Shown here piece by piece: positions 36,370 to 50,300 of a stretch of DNA of 64,000 nucleotides (position 1 is its first letter; each line of letters begins with the position of its first letter). The stretch is from Azolla caroliniana. Taxonomy: Eukaryota > Plantae > Polypodiophyta. Made by a program: the position numbers and the translations under genes. The notes under the pieces are model-generated. The model did no database searches. It had not been told where the DNA came from and saw nothing but the letters and a program-made list of their open reading frames with translations. The DNA is taken from contig JBHGNT010000015.1 of assembly GCA_043228905.1 (NCBI GenBank), forward strand, positions 19,468,001-19,532,000. Reading direction: 5' to 3'.

Positions 36370-39300
36370 CTATATCTATATCTATATATATATATGTATG
36401 TATGTATATTTATGTATATGTCTATATATGTATATATATTATTTATGATTTTGATTTCTTTATAGATATTATTAAATCTCTCTTTTTGTCTATCTCACTA
36501 TTTGGTTTTATTTTACTAGACATTTTAAAATAATCACATGAATGTAACTTCTGGTCTAATAGGTCGTTATGGCCATTTGAAGGTGTTAATAGAACATTCT
36601 ATTTCACTTCATTCCCCTCTCCAGGTTATTGCTCTTCCATATAATTGTTTAGGTACTTAAAAACTTCTGTACTCATTACCACAGCATCACAGAATCCTGG
36701 GTCTCTTTTTCAGGTTTATATATTTTCAGTTAACTAAGCTACCATGTCTAGAGGATACCCATTTATACATATAATCTGTTTGCTAAGATGCTGAAGATGT
36801 TAATGGAACATTTCTATCATTATTTTTATTTTCTTTCAATTTGTAAGTCCAGAATTTTCTGGTCTTATTCACGTGTGTGCCCCTATTATGGTTGTAAATG
36901 TATAACCTATAAATAAAAAATATTACCTGTTTTTCAAAAGTTGTTTTTTATTGCACAAATCTTTGTTCTCATTGATAGTTATTGCTTATCACAGGATAAC
37001 CATATGACTATTGGAACAGAAAGTATGAACTTAATTGCTATTGGAGTTAGCAACAATGCGGTCTATTTGTGGAGTGCATCTAGCTGTGCTTTAATATACC
37101 ATGTTCAATGCACAGGTAACACTTAGTTGCAGTCACTGTTATATAGAAATGTGTTGCTCTTGGCAACTGCAACCATGGCTATATATGGAAAACAGTATTT
37201 AAGCATTCATTTGTGTTCTTGTTTCTTTGATGCTGCGAGGATAGAGAGATGCCTTTTATATTCCTTAAGGTTTTGGGGCGAAGACCCAGCAAACCTTCTT
37301 GTTGCTGCGGGTACCATCTTTAATGAGGTAGGAAAATGTTTTTGTAGCTTTGCCAAATGTCTATATTCATTAATGATACCGTTTATTAAGTATGGGACAG
37401 ATTCTTGTGTGGGGCTTGGATGTACAACTGCCAGATGCATTGCTTAAAAATGGGAAGCCAAGTTTGAAAGAAAACTTTTTGGAGGAGATTGATAAAACAG
37501 TTGTGCCAAAGAGAAGATTGAAAGGACATGAAGGCTCTATTTTCCGGATTTCATGGTCACGAAATGGGAGAAAACTAGCTTCAGTTTCAGACGATCGCAG
37601 GTCTTCTCTCTTCTCAACAGCAATAAGCCTTTCTTGATCTCAGTGTTTATTCAGTGCTAATCAGTAGATAGAAGAGGCAAGATGGTTCGCGTCTTGAATG
37701 TTATGAAAGCTCAGTTTGAGTGCTCATAGATTTTCGTTTAGTATGAGGGTTTGGAGCATCGGAAAGGAGCCTATATTGCTATCAGAGACATCCATGGAAG
37801 AAGAAACAGAGGGGAGTTTGCTTGCATTTTATGGTCATACAGGGAGAATCTGGGACTGCCATATTGATGAAAAGGTAGTAAGCAGTTAAGTTTTTTTGCC
37901 AGTGTAACTATGTTGATATGCTATTAATAAAGCTTCTTACTTACAGTTCTTGATATCAGTCAGCGAGGATTGCACATATCGTATCTGGAGCCAGGATGGG
38001 CAACCACTGACAAAAGTTAGTGCTCACATGTATGTTGATGCATCCTCATTTCAAAAAATCTATTATTCTAATTTTTTGGCTCATTTCATTAATGCTGAAA
38101 CAACTTTAATTTTGGAACGGCCTTAGTGGACGTGGTATATGGCGATGTGTGTATGATTCTGGTAATGCTATTTTGGTAACTGCTGGGGCTGATTCCGCCA
38201 TCAAAGTTCATTCTTTATCCAAGTGGTTACTTGGAGCAGATATTAGTAAGGATAAAATAGTTATGATGAGACAGAGCCCAAAATTGGAGGTTTTCTCTAT
38301 TAATCTAGAACAAGAAGATTCTTTCAGGAAAAATGGGCGACTAGACAGGTATTTTTGTGTATTAATGCTTTGTTACGTGGCAGATAAAACATTAGCAGCA
38401 TATACATGAAGGATGCTTCCTAAAGTATGAATTGATGTCTCTGATTCAGCAAAAGTGAGTATGTCAGATGCCTATCACTCATTGATCCAACATGCCTGGT
38501 TGTTGCAACCAATCAAGGCTTTCTGAAATATTTATGCTTCAGCAAGGAAGGTCAGCAGACTTGGACTGAAGTTTATGAAAATCCAGACTTGGAGCCAATT
38601 TTGTGTCTGGATGTACTTAGACATAATGGCAATCTTTTCAGTGGTGACCATCATGGCCGTTCGGAAGATTGGGTTGTCATTGGTGATAGCAAAGGTTTTG
38701 TAACAGTAATTTGTGGTAACTGGAACAATGGTCTTTTTCAGAAAACCTACCTATGTAAATGGCCGGCTGAAGGGGAAAGAAAACTCTTGGGAGTTTATTG
38801 GTCACAATCTTTAGGACCAAGGTTAGCCTGTCATATTTTAGGAGCTCTACATGCTTGTGATTTGTCATACCTAAATAAGAATTCTGACTGTGAATCTCTC
38901 CTCTCCCAGTTATGTCTTTACTGCAGATACATGTGGAGTTGTTTGCATGTGGAATCTGAGGCATCATAACAATCAACTAGATGGAAGTCAAAATGCTTAT
39001 TCATCCAATGAACTATCTTTTTCAGCTAACTCTTCTGAGAATACTTTAGAACTGCCATCAGTTGTACGTTTTCAGTCTTGTTTTAATGTCCGAATTGTCT
39101 GTGTAGATGCATACCCGGAAGAGGAGGTATGCTGTTATTCATTATTGTTTTCAATTAACTTCAAGTCCAGGGTTTTATTATGATTTAATAATCTCTTGTC
39201 ACAGATCCTTGTATGTGGTGATCAACGGGGAAATATTGTCGCATTCTCAGTGCCTTTGTTTTCACCTTTGGTTGGCTTGAGTGGCTCTTCACAACAGCCT

Positions 39301-42300
39301 TTTGCTAGTTTTAAAGGTGCACATGGCATATCTACAGTTGCAAGCATTCATATTGCTGGAAAGAGAAACCAACATCAGATCAAAATATGCTCAGTAAGTT
39401 GCCTTTCATTCTGGCATATGCTATTAGGTATAGGAGTTGCGTTTTCCTGACTGAAGCAAGATAAAATGTAGCATGCAAATCACATGGACAACCAGTTATG
39501 TGACTTGGAACATCACTTCAGGACATCTCTGGCAGAACTTTTAACAAACTGCATGTTTATGTGTGTGGTGTGCTAACGCCTTTAGTATGTCCTGGCTATA
39601 GTACTATATAATGCTGCAAAATTTCTAATAGAATGACATGTGGGTACATTTTTGTATTTTGTATTAGGTGGTAAGATGTGGCACATTTTCTTATTTACTG
39701 CCTCATCTGGAATATGGTGTGCCATCTTAGATATAAAGTTGTGGCACATTTTACTGGTAGTTTCTGATTGCTGAATCAGACTACCTGGGCTTTAAAGCTT
39801 AGTAACTTATCTTTAAAGCTTAGTTTTTCATATTTTTCCTGGGCTGATTATGCTTCTCACAGGGTTTTTTTTTGTCTCGAGATAATGCAATCTCTCCCTG
39901 AGTTTCCTAAAAGAAATAAACCATATTAAATTAGTTTTTTTGAAAATCTTGTTCACAGACAGGAAGAGATGGTTGTATGTGCACCTTTGCTGTGGACAAA
40001 TCAGTTGGTACTGTTATCTGCCTACGAGTTGAAAAAGTTCCTGCAGTTACTGTGCTTGAAAATTATGCAATGACTTCTGGGCTAGTTAAAAGTGCACCGA
40101 GGAGAACAGTTGTATCTGGTTTTACAGCTGTCGATTTTCTCATCTGTGATTTATACAGTGATTGTGAGGTAATGGCTTGAGATCAATGTTGAATGATATT
40201 GATGTACTATGTACAACCATTGACATACTATTTCGTTATGGTAGATCGTTCTTATGCTGACTTCATTATTGTTTTTATTTTTATGCGGATTTCATTATTT
40301 GTGGTAGATTGTTCGAATTCCTTGTGGGGGTTGGCGAAGACCACATTCTTATCTTATAGGAGATTTTCCTGAAGTGCAATACTGTGTTGTATTTCTGAAG
40401 GTAAGGTCGATGTATGTCTTGCAGAAGTTGTTTTTTTGCCTGAGGTTTCACTTCTCTTACATTAACTTCTACTGCTAATTTTCTTCTGCAAAATTGTCTT
40501 TGACAGGATGGGTTGATTCACATACATCGGAAGTGGTTGTTCGATGTTGTTGCTTCATCCCCTGCATCAATTTTGCCCATAGCAAGCAACAGCTCATTCT
40601 TGTCATCATTGCTACTTCAATCACAATTCCATGGGCGAGAAGTTCACTCGGTAAATATTATATCGAGTAGAAATGGATCTAGAAGTGAATCTGGAATCCA
40701 CCCAGTCAGCTGGGTTATTACAGGTGCTGAGGATGGGGCTGTACGAATAATGAGGTATAGAGTTGTTAAAATCAGCGAGGTCAGAACATGTGAAGGGTTT
40801 TCACAATTCTTTGGTTTCATTTTCAGGTTTCAAATGAACATTCCTGGCCAATTTGATGTTTCACAAGTTCTGGGAGAACATGTTGGTGGATCAGCTGTAA
40901 GGGCGGTTGCTTCAATCACAAGCTACTCTGTGTACAATGAAGATGCATTATCTAAAGAGGTGGATTCAGCTATATCGGAACCCATTTTTCTTCTCATTTC
41001 AGTGGGCGCCAAGGAAGTGTTGACATCCTGGCTGCTTGAATGGGAAAATGAAATTGATAAAACAGGTCAGGTAAGACAAATGCTGTCATCCAGATGGCTT
41101 AACACAAAGAGGAATCCTAAACAGGGCAAACCGTTGAGAAGCCTACAACCACCCCCAAGTTATCCAATGGAGAATGAAAAGGTAGAACATACCAATAATT
41201 CTCCAGTGTTCAAAGATCTGGATGAAGATGACCATCGATACATGGCTGTGACTGCTTTTTCAGTTTTTTTCCCTCACAGAAGGTGTGCTTAATCAGTCCC
41301 TTTGTAAATATAATATTTGGATTTTGTAGTCCCTTATGAAGAATGTAATATGTGAATGCTTTCATAGATACATGATGTCATTTAACTGTATTCATGGAAG
41401 GCAGTCTACTCCTCTTGTGAAGAATTTAAACATGTGATGCTTGCTTAGATACATATTTCCAGTTAAATATACCATGGAAGCCAGTCAGGATTCAACTGTA
41501 AATGATCGTCTTCTGAATACAGTTCACAAATGTGGGATAATTGTGAAGCCTGGATTTTTACATGAATTGTATATCAGATTTTCATATATTTGACTTAAGA
41601 AGGGCCATCAGATGTGCTGGATATATCAGAGAATGAGTGTATTCATATTATCATGCAATTTGATATTCCGATATGGTACAGGTCCCAGACATGCTTTGCT
41701 GTAACAGCAAGCTCAAATGCGACTCTTTCACTTCATGCTTTTGAGCTGTTGGCAGGAAACTGGTTAGACAATTATTTCATTGTTCAGGTCTAGTATGATG
41801 TCCCACAAAAGAAGAATTACTGATCTGAATGCATTTCTCATAGGGTTGAGATTGCCACCTTAGACTATCACAAGGCTCCTGTGCTTACTTTGCAACATCT
41901 CGTGATTCCTGAATGTGGTAAAGGTGGGGAATAAGTTTAGTCAAGCTTGAAAATTAGTGATTTATTGGAATTTATTGTGAAGTTGTTTTCATGGATAAAT
42001 GCAGGTTACTCATCATCGAACATGTATATTGTGTTTAGTGGAGCAACAGATGGTAGCATTGCAGTATGGAATCTCACAAATATTCTTTCAGATTTTTGTC
42101 ACAAAGAACTCAGGACTGGAAATGGAAAAGTACATCGACCTCCCAGTGGAAGAGGCAGTCAAGGTGGTAGGCGCTGGAAGAGTTCTAAAATTAAAGGAGA
42201 GAAATATATGAACGAAAGAGTTGGAGGAGAAGCTGAACTACTGGTTAACACTGACATACTGAGGGATAATTTTGCAAATATAGACATAATTTCTGATACT

Positions 42301-43208
42301 GATATAGGAGCATTATCAAGTAATGGTACACATCATGTAAAAGAAGAGGATTTCCCTCATCTTTACACATTAACTCCCGAGTTTGTGCTTTTGGGTGTGC
42401 ATCAATCTGGTGTGAATTCTTTATCAGTAAGTACTCTAAAAAATGTGATTGATGACATGAAGGTAGTGGTAGTAAGTGGTGGTGATGATCAAGCCCTACA
42501 TGTTGCTACATTTGCGATTGTGAATTCCACCAATATTTCATCTCTTGGTTGTTGCAGTAAAGACTTGATAGTATCTGCCCATAGCTCAGCTATAAAAGGT
42601 ATAATCTAATATGTAATACAGATGACTATTAGTGTGCTACCACAACACTTATGTATAACATACAATGACGTTGGGTGTTATACAGGTGTATGGACCGATG
42701 GGTCCCTTGTTTTTAGTACTGGACTTGATCAGAGACTTAGATGTTGGAATCTTGAGACCTCAAAGCAACATTGTTCTCTTGTGGAGCTTGCTCACTCTGT
42801 AATAAATGTGCCAGAGCCTGCAGGTCTGCATGTTGAGTCCTTCAATAGGTAATGAATATGTTTCTGATTCTTGGATGACGTGAAGAAATAACCACCCAAA
42901 GAATACCCACAGATTTTCGGATATTCCTGAGAATACTCTTTGTTTTCAAAATTTACCTGAGTGCCCCTCTGGTAATTTTTTGAATGAATGACACACATTG
43001 CTCGATAAAGTTGTTTTTCTTAACTCATGAAAAAACATATGCGAAATAAATTTGATAAGACATTTATTTTTATGAAATAGTTATGCTTCATCAATGGTGG
43101 TGTTCAATCATTTGATATTTTTGTCTCATTTGTTTATTTTGCAGGAGGAATTACAGGATTGCGGTGGTTGGTCGAGGGCTTCAGATTTTTGAGGTAAGGG
43201 GCGATTAG
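33686..43208 (+). CDS. WDR6: WD40-repeat protein WDR6/TRM734 (tRNA 2'-O-methyltransferase partner); about 20 exons: 33686-33800, 35881-36191, 36995-37115, 37245-37327, 37401-37600, 37742-37874, 37947-38029, 38127-38348, 38450-38821, 38910-39126, 39205-39393, 39959-40168, 40308-40400, 40507-40754, 40827-41282, 41682-41762, 41844-41917(or 41923), 42005-42598, 42686-42848, 43145-43208
   Basis: WDR6-family motifs [12 protein letters not shown]|[131 protein letters not shown] junctions. Confidence 0.9.
34185..34680. repeat. Degenerate ~30-bp tandem repeat in WDR6 intron 1
   Basis: Consensus aagttagaacagtggaatgtatgtgttaag with 30-bp period, decaying toward the 3' end. Confidence 0.85.
36316..36445. 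repeat. (TA)n microsatellite with compound tail
   Basis: Long tatata run followed by tatc/tatg units. Confidence 0.95.
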
Positions 43209-46019
43209 TTTTCTTGTTCTATGGTTTCAGAAAGTTATTCAAAACCAACAGAATACATATTATACATTGAAGCTCTACAAGAAGCAATATTAAAATTTGT
43301 TTTTTATACATTTTTTTGGTTTTAACATTCATTTGACATATGGTGGGAAAACTCCTCTAGTGTAAAAGGGGAAATGTACTTCTGAACCGTACTCCTCAAA
43401 TTTGTCATTTGACATATGTACTTCTGAACTGTCCTTGTATTTTGTGATGTAGATTGTTGACATTGTTTATGCGAAGGTTTTTTTATAGTAGTTAGAATAG
43501 CTAACTCTACCCAAAAATAAATCCTTATTTCCTAAGTTTGAATTGGTTATGGAGAAATATTATATACTCGGAAAAGAATTGTGTTTAATGAAGCTTGGAG
43601 TTCTCAAATGTTTTGATATTTTGTGGTAGGCCATCAAATGTTTCGATATTTTGTGGCAAGGGCATTATTGTATCACAAACCACATGATTTTTTTTTATAT
43701 ATTCTAGGAAGGTATTACATAATTGCTCAATAATAAAGTCAGCACTACTATTCATGGAGAATGTTGCAACTGTTAATATATGAATCAGCACTGTCCATTG
43801 TTTAAAAAAAGTAGTTTTGGGGGGGCGTTCATTGGCAACTTTTATTAGTATACCACTTTTTAAGGTCAATTAATATGAATAAAAGAAATTTGGAAATGCT
43901 TTTTTCTATAGGTCAAGGATGTGGGCAAAGCTCTTGTTTGTCCTGTTTTGTAAGAGGTTCAAGTGGGGATTGTATATAAACATTCGTATTTCATTTCTTT
44001 CCGTGTACCATTGTAATAAGTGTGATGCATATATTTGGCACTCTATCCTACTTTGTTAGCAAGAGTAAGTCCAATCTACAAAGACGATCTCAAGGAATAG
44101 CCTTTTGTGGTAGTTTTTTATTAGAAAGTCATAACAAATTGAGATGCCTAGCACTTGCTCCAAGTATTTGGCACATAAAAGCTTGAGGTTTTAATATAGA
44201 AGTCAAGAATTAGTGTGAACGATGATTTGTGAAGTAGAGTATGTATACATGACAATTATAGAGAGATAGACTAGGAATACCCACGTCAAAGTGACAATTG
44301 TGAAAGAGAAGTTAAAGGGGAAATTGTAGAAAAAAAATACTATTTTTAAAGTTGTGAAATTAGTACTATATTAAACAAATGAAAACTAAGAAAGAGAATA
44401 AAAGCAGGGAGTTTGTCAAAATGATCCCTCGTTATCTATGGACTCTAAATTTTCTCATTGTCCAAATTATATATAAAGTGAGAAATTGTATATCGTGAGA
44501 GAATAATGTAACCAAGACATTATGCAATGTTACAATATAGAAGGCGTTGCCTTTGCACATTCATTTGGATTCAATGGGATACCTATGTAAAATTCTAAAG
44601 TTTGTGGGCATAAAGATGACGGCTTAGTATTGTTGAACAATCTATCCATGGAACTAGAATAGAATGCATCAATCATATACTTTTGGAAGCCAAACATTGC
44701 ATAGTTTATGGCATATTAACACAATGATGTAATGTTTACATGTCCAATAAGTATACTTCATGTTACAATTGATTCAAAGAATCAATTTCAAGGGGTTCCT
44801 TGTTTAGAAATTTATTGTTATTGCATCTACAAGGCAATATTATTGCTAGGAAGCTTTGTGTTCCTAATAAAACCATCCTGTTAGGTGCCAATGGATTATT
44901 CTAGGGCATCAAATTGAATGTATGATAGAGGTCCATGCATTCACAAAGTAATGATATTACTTTGAAACTTTGAGCTATTTGTAAAGCCATTCTTTTGGGA
45001 GCAATGTAGGCAATGTTATTATTGTGAGCCTTAGGGTCACCTGTAAAGTCACAAGAGGAGATGAACAACTATTGTAAGGTTGTCGAGTGTGAACTTTGCT
45101 AATACATCATCATAGCACATCTATATGTTTTGAGCTCATCTATGTTTATCTTGAGAAACATCGTCAACGCTTGTGGACCCCACTTTATCATGCATAGTCA
45201 TGTTTATATATTTAGTTTTGGAAAAACAAATAATCCATGCATTATAGTGTGAAATGCACATAAGAGATCAAAACCAACCTACTTAGCTTCTTACTTCTTG
45301 CTCAATCTATAGTTGATACAAAGGTACCCATTTGGGTTGGCTTAGCTACATGCATGCTAAAAAGGGTGTGCTAAAAGGGTGGCACAAAGGAACACACGCA
45401 CACCACAATAGAAAGGGGACTATTTACCTCCTGTCATTATGACATCTTGAGATGTTGCCAAGACTCCATTAGTGAGGCTAAGCTCTCTTTTTCGGATCCG
45501 TTAGTCAACAACCAATGTAGAGCTTAAGGTAATATTCAGTGGTATGGGACACCACTTGTTAGAGCTAGTTCTTAATGTAAGCATGAGATAAGGAAATATA
45601 TTATTAGAAAATAGAGAGGAGACAGAGAAAGAAGGTTGTTGATCCACCCGACCACCCCCGAGCGAAGGGATCAAGACGGACTCGAACCTTGGTCGGAGTC
45701 CCATACCACCGTCGTGGTGTCGAGTCGTACTTGGTACTGGCGCATTCTCCTCCTTAATATCTTATTCTTGAGCTCACCATTAGCTCGATTAGTAACAACC
45801 ATACACACATGCTCTCCTTTTTGTTCATGGAATTGAATGGCACCTGCTCAGATGGGTGGACAAGTCAAATCGTCGAGGTAGGCAGGAGGGATTGGAGTCC
45901 AACTGAACGGATGCACGCGGTGGCAGGCCTTTAAACCCCAAACCATATGATGTATGTATAATGTATGTATGTATATATGGGTTCCAGGCCTTTGAGGGTT
46001 TCATGGTATGTATAATGTA

Positions 46020-46049
46020 TGTGTGTATGTGTGTATTTGTGTATGTATG

Positions 46050-46080
<31 letters not shown>

Positions 46081-46085
46081 TGTAT
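46020..46085. repeat. (TATG)n microsatellite
   Basis: gtatgtatgtatg run. Confidence 0.9.
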
Positions 46086-46461
46086 GGGTTCCATGATGTG
46101 TGAGGTTGGCCATATGAGATTAGATTCTGGGCCCCAAACCATGAAAAGAATCTCCACCACAAAAGCACATATGTACATACTCTGTTTCTCTCTCTCTCTC
46201 TCTCTAGATACTCTGTTTTTTATATATACTGTATTATACACATATGAGAAAGAGAGGGATCAATCTTTCCTTCCTTCCATCCCTGTTCCTGTCAGAGAAG
46301 CTTCATTCAGGCTTGGAGAAAGAGAGGGACCTATCCTTCCCATCCCTGCTGTCCATGTCAGAGAAGTTTGATCCAAGCTTGGATCTTGAGGTAAGCGAAA
46401 TCCCTTCCCTCTGTCTCTGTCTCCCCTTGGATTGATTTGAGCATGTTGAAAATGTGTAAAT

Positions 46462-46463
<2 letters not shown>

Positions 46464-46500
<37 letters not shown>
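46464..46500. repeat. (CT)n microsatellite in the probable AAF 5' UTR intron
   Basis: ctctct run downstream of a gag|gtaagc donor-like site at 46390. Confidence 0.9.
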
Positions 46501-46503
<3 letters not shown>

Positions 46504-47352
46504 TTGATTTCAAGGTGCTGAGAATTTGTCTGATATTCTTCAGCAGCAAAACCTTCCCATGCCAGTGGAATTTGCCCTATCTCTCTGTTCTCCCTCGCTA
46601 GTAAACTCTCGCTACTTTTTGACCTGTTTTTTCTCTTTAGGCCGTCTGCAACATACATACATATATACGTGCATAGGAAAATAGAAGATTTTCAAGTTAT
46701 TCCAATCCCCTCTTAGGCTTTGCCAGTCGTGTCTACCTGGAATCTCGAAACTGTACCTACTGGTTGTCAAATATTCATTGATTATGTTCTTGAATCCATT
46801 AGAGATTTAACTAGAGGCGACATGGATATGTGCATATGCATACACATATCGGGACATATGGCCATGCGTATGTCCGTACATACAAAATTGGCTAAGTTCC
46901 ATAGAAAATCCCATGGTTTTACTCTAAGACATTAATCTGTATGGATTATTATTTTTTGAATTTTGAGGATGGTATACGCATTCATCAGTTTGCTAGAAGT
47001 TAATATTATGGCTTACACACATATATTTATATATTTATGTATGTATGTATATGTATATGTATCATTTGGGTGTAAAAAATGGGTCTAGGTAAAAGTACTC
47101 CTTTCCAATTGGTGTGTCACTTTCTCATTTTAGATATCATTTCATCTTAAGATACTATTGCCCATGCATTACTTATCAGAATTCGAGAAGAATTCTTATC
47201 TTATTTTAAATTTTACTTGCAGGATCGAAGGGAACTAACCAAACGTCCATTTCTATATAATTCTGGAAATTGAATTGTAAACCAAGTATATTAGATTGTT
47301 TGTTCTCATCACAGTAGTCTCTACTTTGATTTGGCTCTGAAAATTGTAAGCC

Positions 47353-50300
47353 ATGCGGCCAATGCATGATTCGATATGCATGGGGTTTCAGGAGACCTAT
47401 CCGTTTCTAGGGCTCACGGGAACTTGCAAAGACCATCATATTTTCGTAAAAGGTTCGGTTTGTGGATGGCAATGTAATAATAGGGTATTGGCAATAGAAT
47501 CATGGAGATATAAGAAAAGTATGCGATATAAGTCTACTCCTCGAGCATGCTGGAATGACGAAGATGGTGTAACTTGCTCGAGGGGCAAAAAAAAAGCTAT
47601 TGAATACCTAGGATCTCCAACAACTGATTCGCAGAAAACCTTGGAGTCATCTTCTTCTTCTGATTGCTATGCTGGACTTAAAGGAGCAGCCAAATATGCT
47701 TTTAATGATGCTAGGATTGTGAATGCTCGGGCACGTGAGGGTTTTTTATTACTTGCACGGTAGGCGACTTGATACACATGCTTTCAAACTTTTTGTGTTA
47801 GCAAGACATGTATATAAATGTTTGGTTTGCTAAGGAGACCTAGATTCATTTTTGACAGTGGATTTGAAAATCTTGATAGGCGAGCTCGCCAAGATGTTGC
47901 TCTGTTGGGTTCAGGGTTCTTAAAGCTTGATGGTTAGCAGCCTGAGATTTCAGTTTATCATTGTAAATAAATAAATAAATATATATTATGATGGAGACTT
48001 GCATCCAAAATTTATGAAATGAAGCAAACTTTCCCTTGTGTGGATCATTTTGAGAATAGAAGGTGTCTACAATCATCTTTAATTTACTACATTCAATTCT
48101 CTCACAGCTCGTGCCAGAGAAGATACTGTGAAACTTGATACTGATGCCCGAAGAAATGCTGCACTCTTGCAGAGGATTGCTGAGGTTGGTATACGTCTAG
48201 AGGTGGTTTTCCAGTGATTATGAAATGCTATGTCTAATGTATTTCCAAGGATTGAGCTTCCTTTTTATTGTATATTTGGACTGTGGCTATATGCAGGGTC
48301 TTACAGGTGAAGCTCAAATACAGTTAAAGACTGCAGCAGAGAAACACTGGAGTGATGGTGCTTTAGATGTAATAACTATTGCTCAAATTCATGTCTATGA
48401 ACTGCATATCAAGGGATTTTCCTAGACTAATAGAGTACTTGATTCAATCAGCTCTGCATTTTCAGCTCTAATTCATCTTGACTGACACTGTCACCATTCC
48501 TGGGTCCCTATTGTTTATCACTGTATTCCAATCTTGTCATGTACCATCTATCTTTTCTGGCTACAATTTTTCTCACTCTCACACATCCATGAGACTTTTT
48601 CTTCTTTCAGATTTAAGCCACATGGGAATCTGCTTGATTCATGCATAGTTAGTTTAAGCTCTGTCGTTGTGGAGAAAAATATCGGATATCTTATATTTGT
48701 TTGTTGGTTTGAGTGCCATTCGCTCGTCCAATGTCTTCCTTAGGTCTAGGGGCATCAGAGGATGTCATTACAGGATCATTTATTGTCTTCCAACAAAATG
48801 AACTCCATAATATGGTGGGACTAGTCTGGCACTATCTATCATAGTGCTGCATAACTCTATTTTAACTTTTAGTGATCAGCCACATTTTATGTCCCTTTCA
48901 AAGGCAGTTACATCATATAACATTCAGCTTGTAAATCCACTTTCTTAGATCTTGCTTTTTCATCACTATCTATCATAGTGTTACATAACTCTATTTTAAC
49001 TTATAGTTATCAGCCACATTTTATGTCCTTTTCAAAGGCAGTTACATAGTATAACGTTCAGGTTTTCCTAGATCTTGATTTTTCATCACACTTCTCTCCA
49101 ACTATGGGCTTACACCTAATGCCACATGGGATCATTCATTACCCTCGATATAGCTCCTCACCTCTGTTGAATATAGGGTGTGATATTCATGATAAGTGTT
49201 TATAATTGCTTTGATAAATGTGGAACTTTCTTGTGAATGCTCATCTTGCTAATTACCTTTCTAATTGATTTACCTTGCTTATTTATTGACGTGTTTGATG
49301 CACTTATTTATTGGTTAGTTCATTAACAACTTTGAATTTAGTTTCTTGAAACCGGTCATTTTTTACTTTCTTTAGTGATCTTGTGCGTGTGTGAACATGT
49401 GCATGCAGCACAATTTTGTTTATTTAAGTGGTATATCTGTGAAAGAAATGCCGATAAAAATAGAATCGTAGTGTTTCCTTGTTTTCTTTAGTGTGTAAAA
49501 TTACATCCTCCTTTTGCTCAGGCTGATTTGCGATTAGCTGACATAAGAGCAAAAAGACGGGCAATGGAAGATGCCTACATGGCATTGCAGGTATAGTTTG
49601 ATGTGTCTATTGCAAGTTATTCTTGACTTCCTAAGAGATTAAGATTCCTTAAAAAAAATGTATTAAAAAATATGCCTTGGATGCAATGCTTTCATGTCTC
49701 AAATGTTTATCACTTGTAATTGTAGTTTGTCAAGAGCATTCACAATGGGTTGGTTAAAAGGGCTTATCAAAGGTAGACCTTTTATATCTAATTTATATCC
49801 ATTATATCAGGTTTTCCGAGCTCTTAAATTGATGGTAAATTCTCTTTTTCCCTGACTTTTCAGGCAGTATGACCTAGAGAATCATATCACAGTTTCTGAG
49901 ACATTCTCAAAAAAGAGAGAAAAATCAGAACAGGATCAATTAGCTTCTCTTCAGGTAACACTGAAGTGGATTTTTTCCAAGTTTATGTTTCTGTAAAACT
50001 TACCTCACTATTGAGGCAAGTAGAAACTTTTTAAAGAAAAAGAATGGTTTTGGAACTTCGATTTTGATGTGAAGAACGCGTACTGGGATATAGCATCAGC
50101 ACTTGCAGAGGCAGATGGCATTGACTATAGTGATCCAGAGGAGGTACAAACATTTGCAGTTCTTGTATTGTCTGGTTCTTTTGTCAATATGATTTACCAT
50201 GTGCAAAACACTGTTTATGGTGATGCAAAAATACTGTTAAGGCTACTTTGGAACAGCGTTATGCTTAGGCCATCATGTTGATGTTGAAGAGTCTACAGTG

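Noticed and set aside
43900-45500. Possible decayed transposon between WDR6 and AAF
   Set aside because: No terminal repeats or convincing protein motifs visible by eye.
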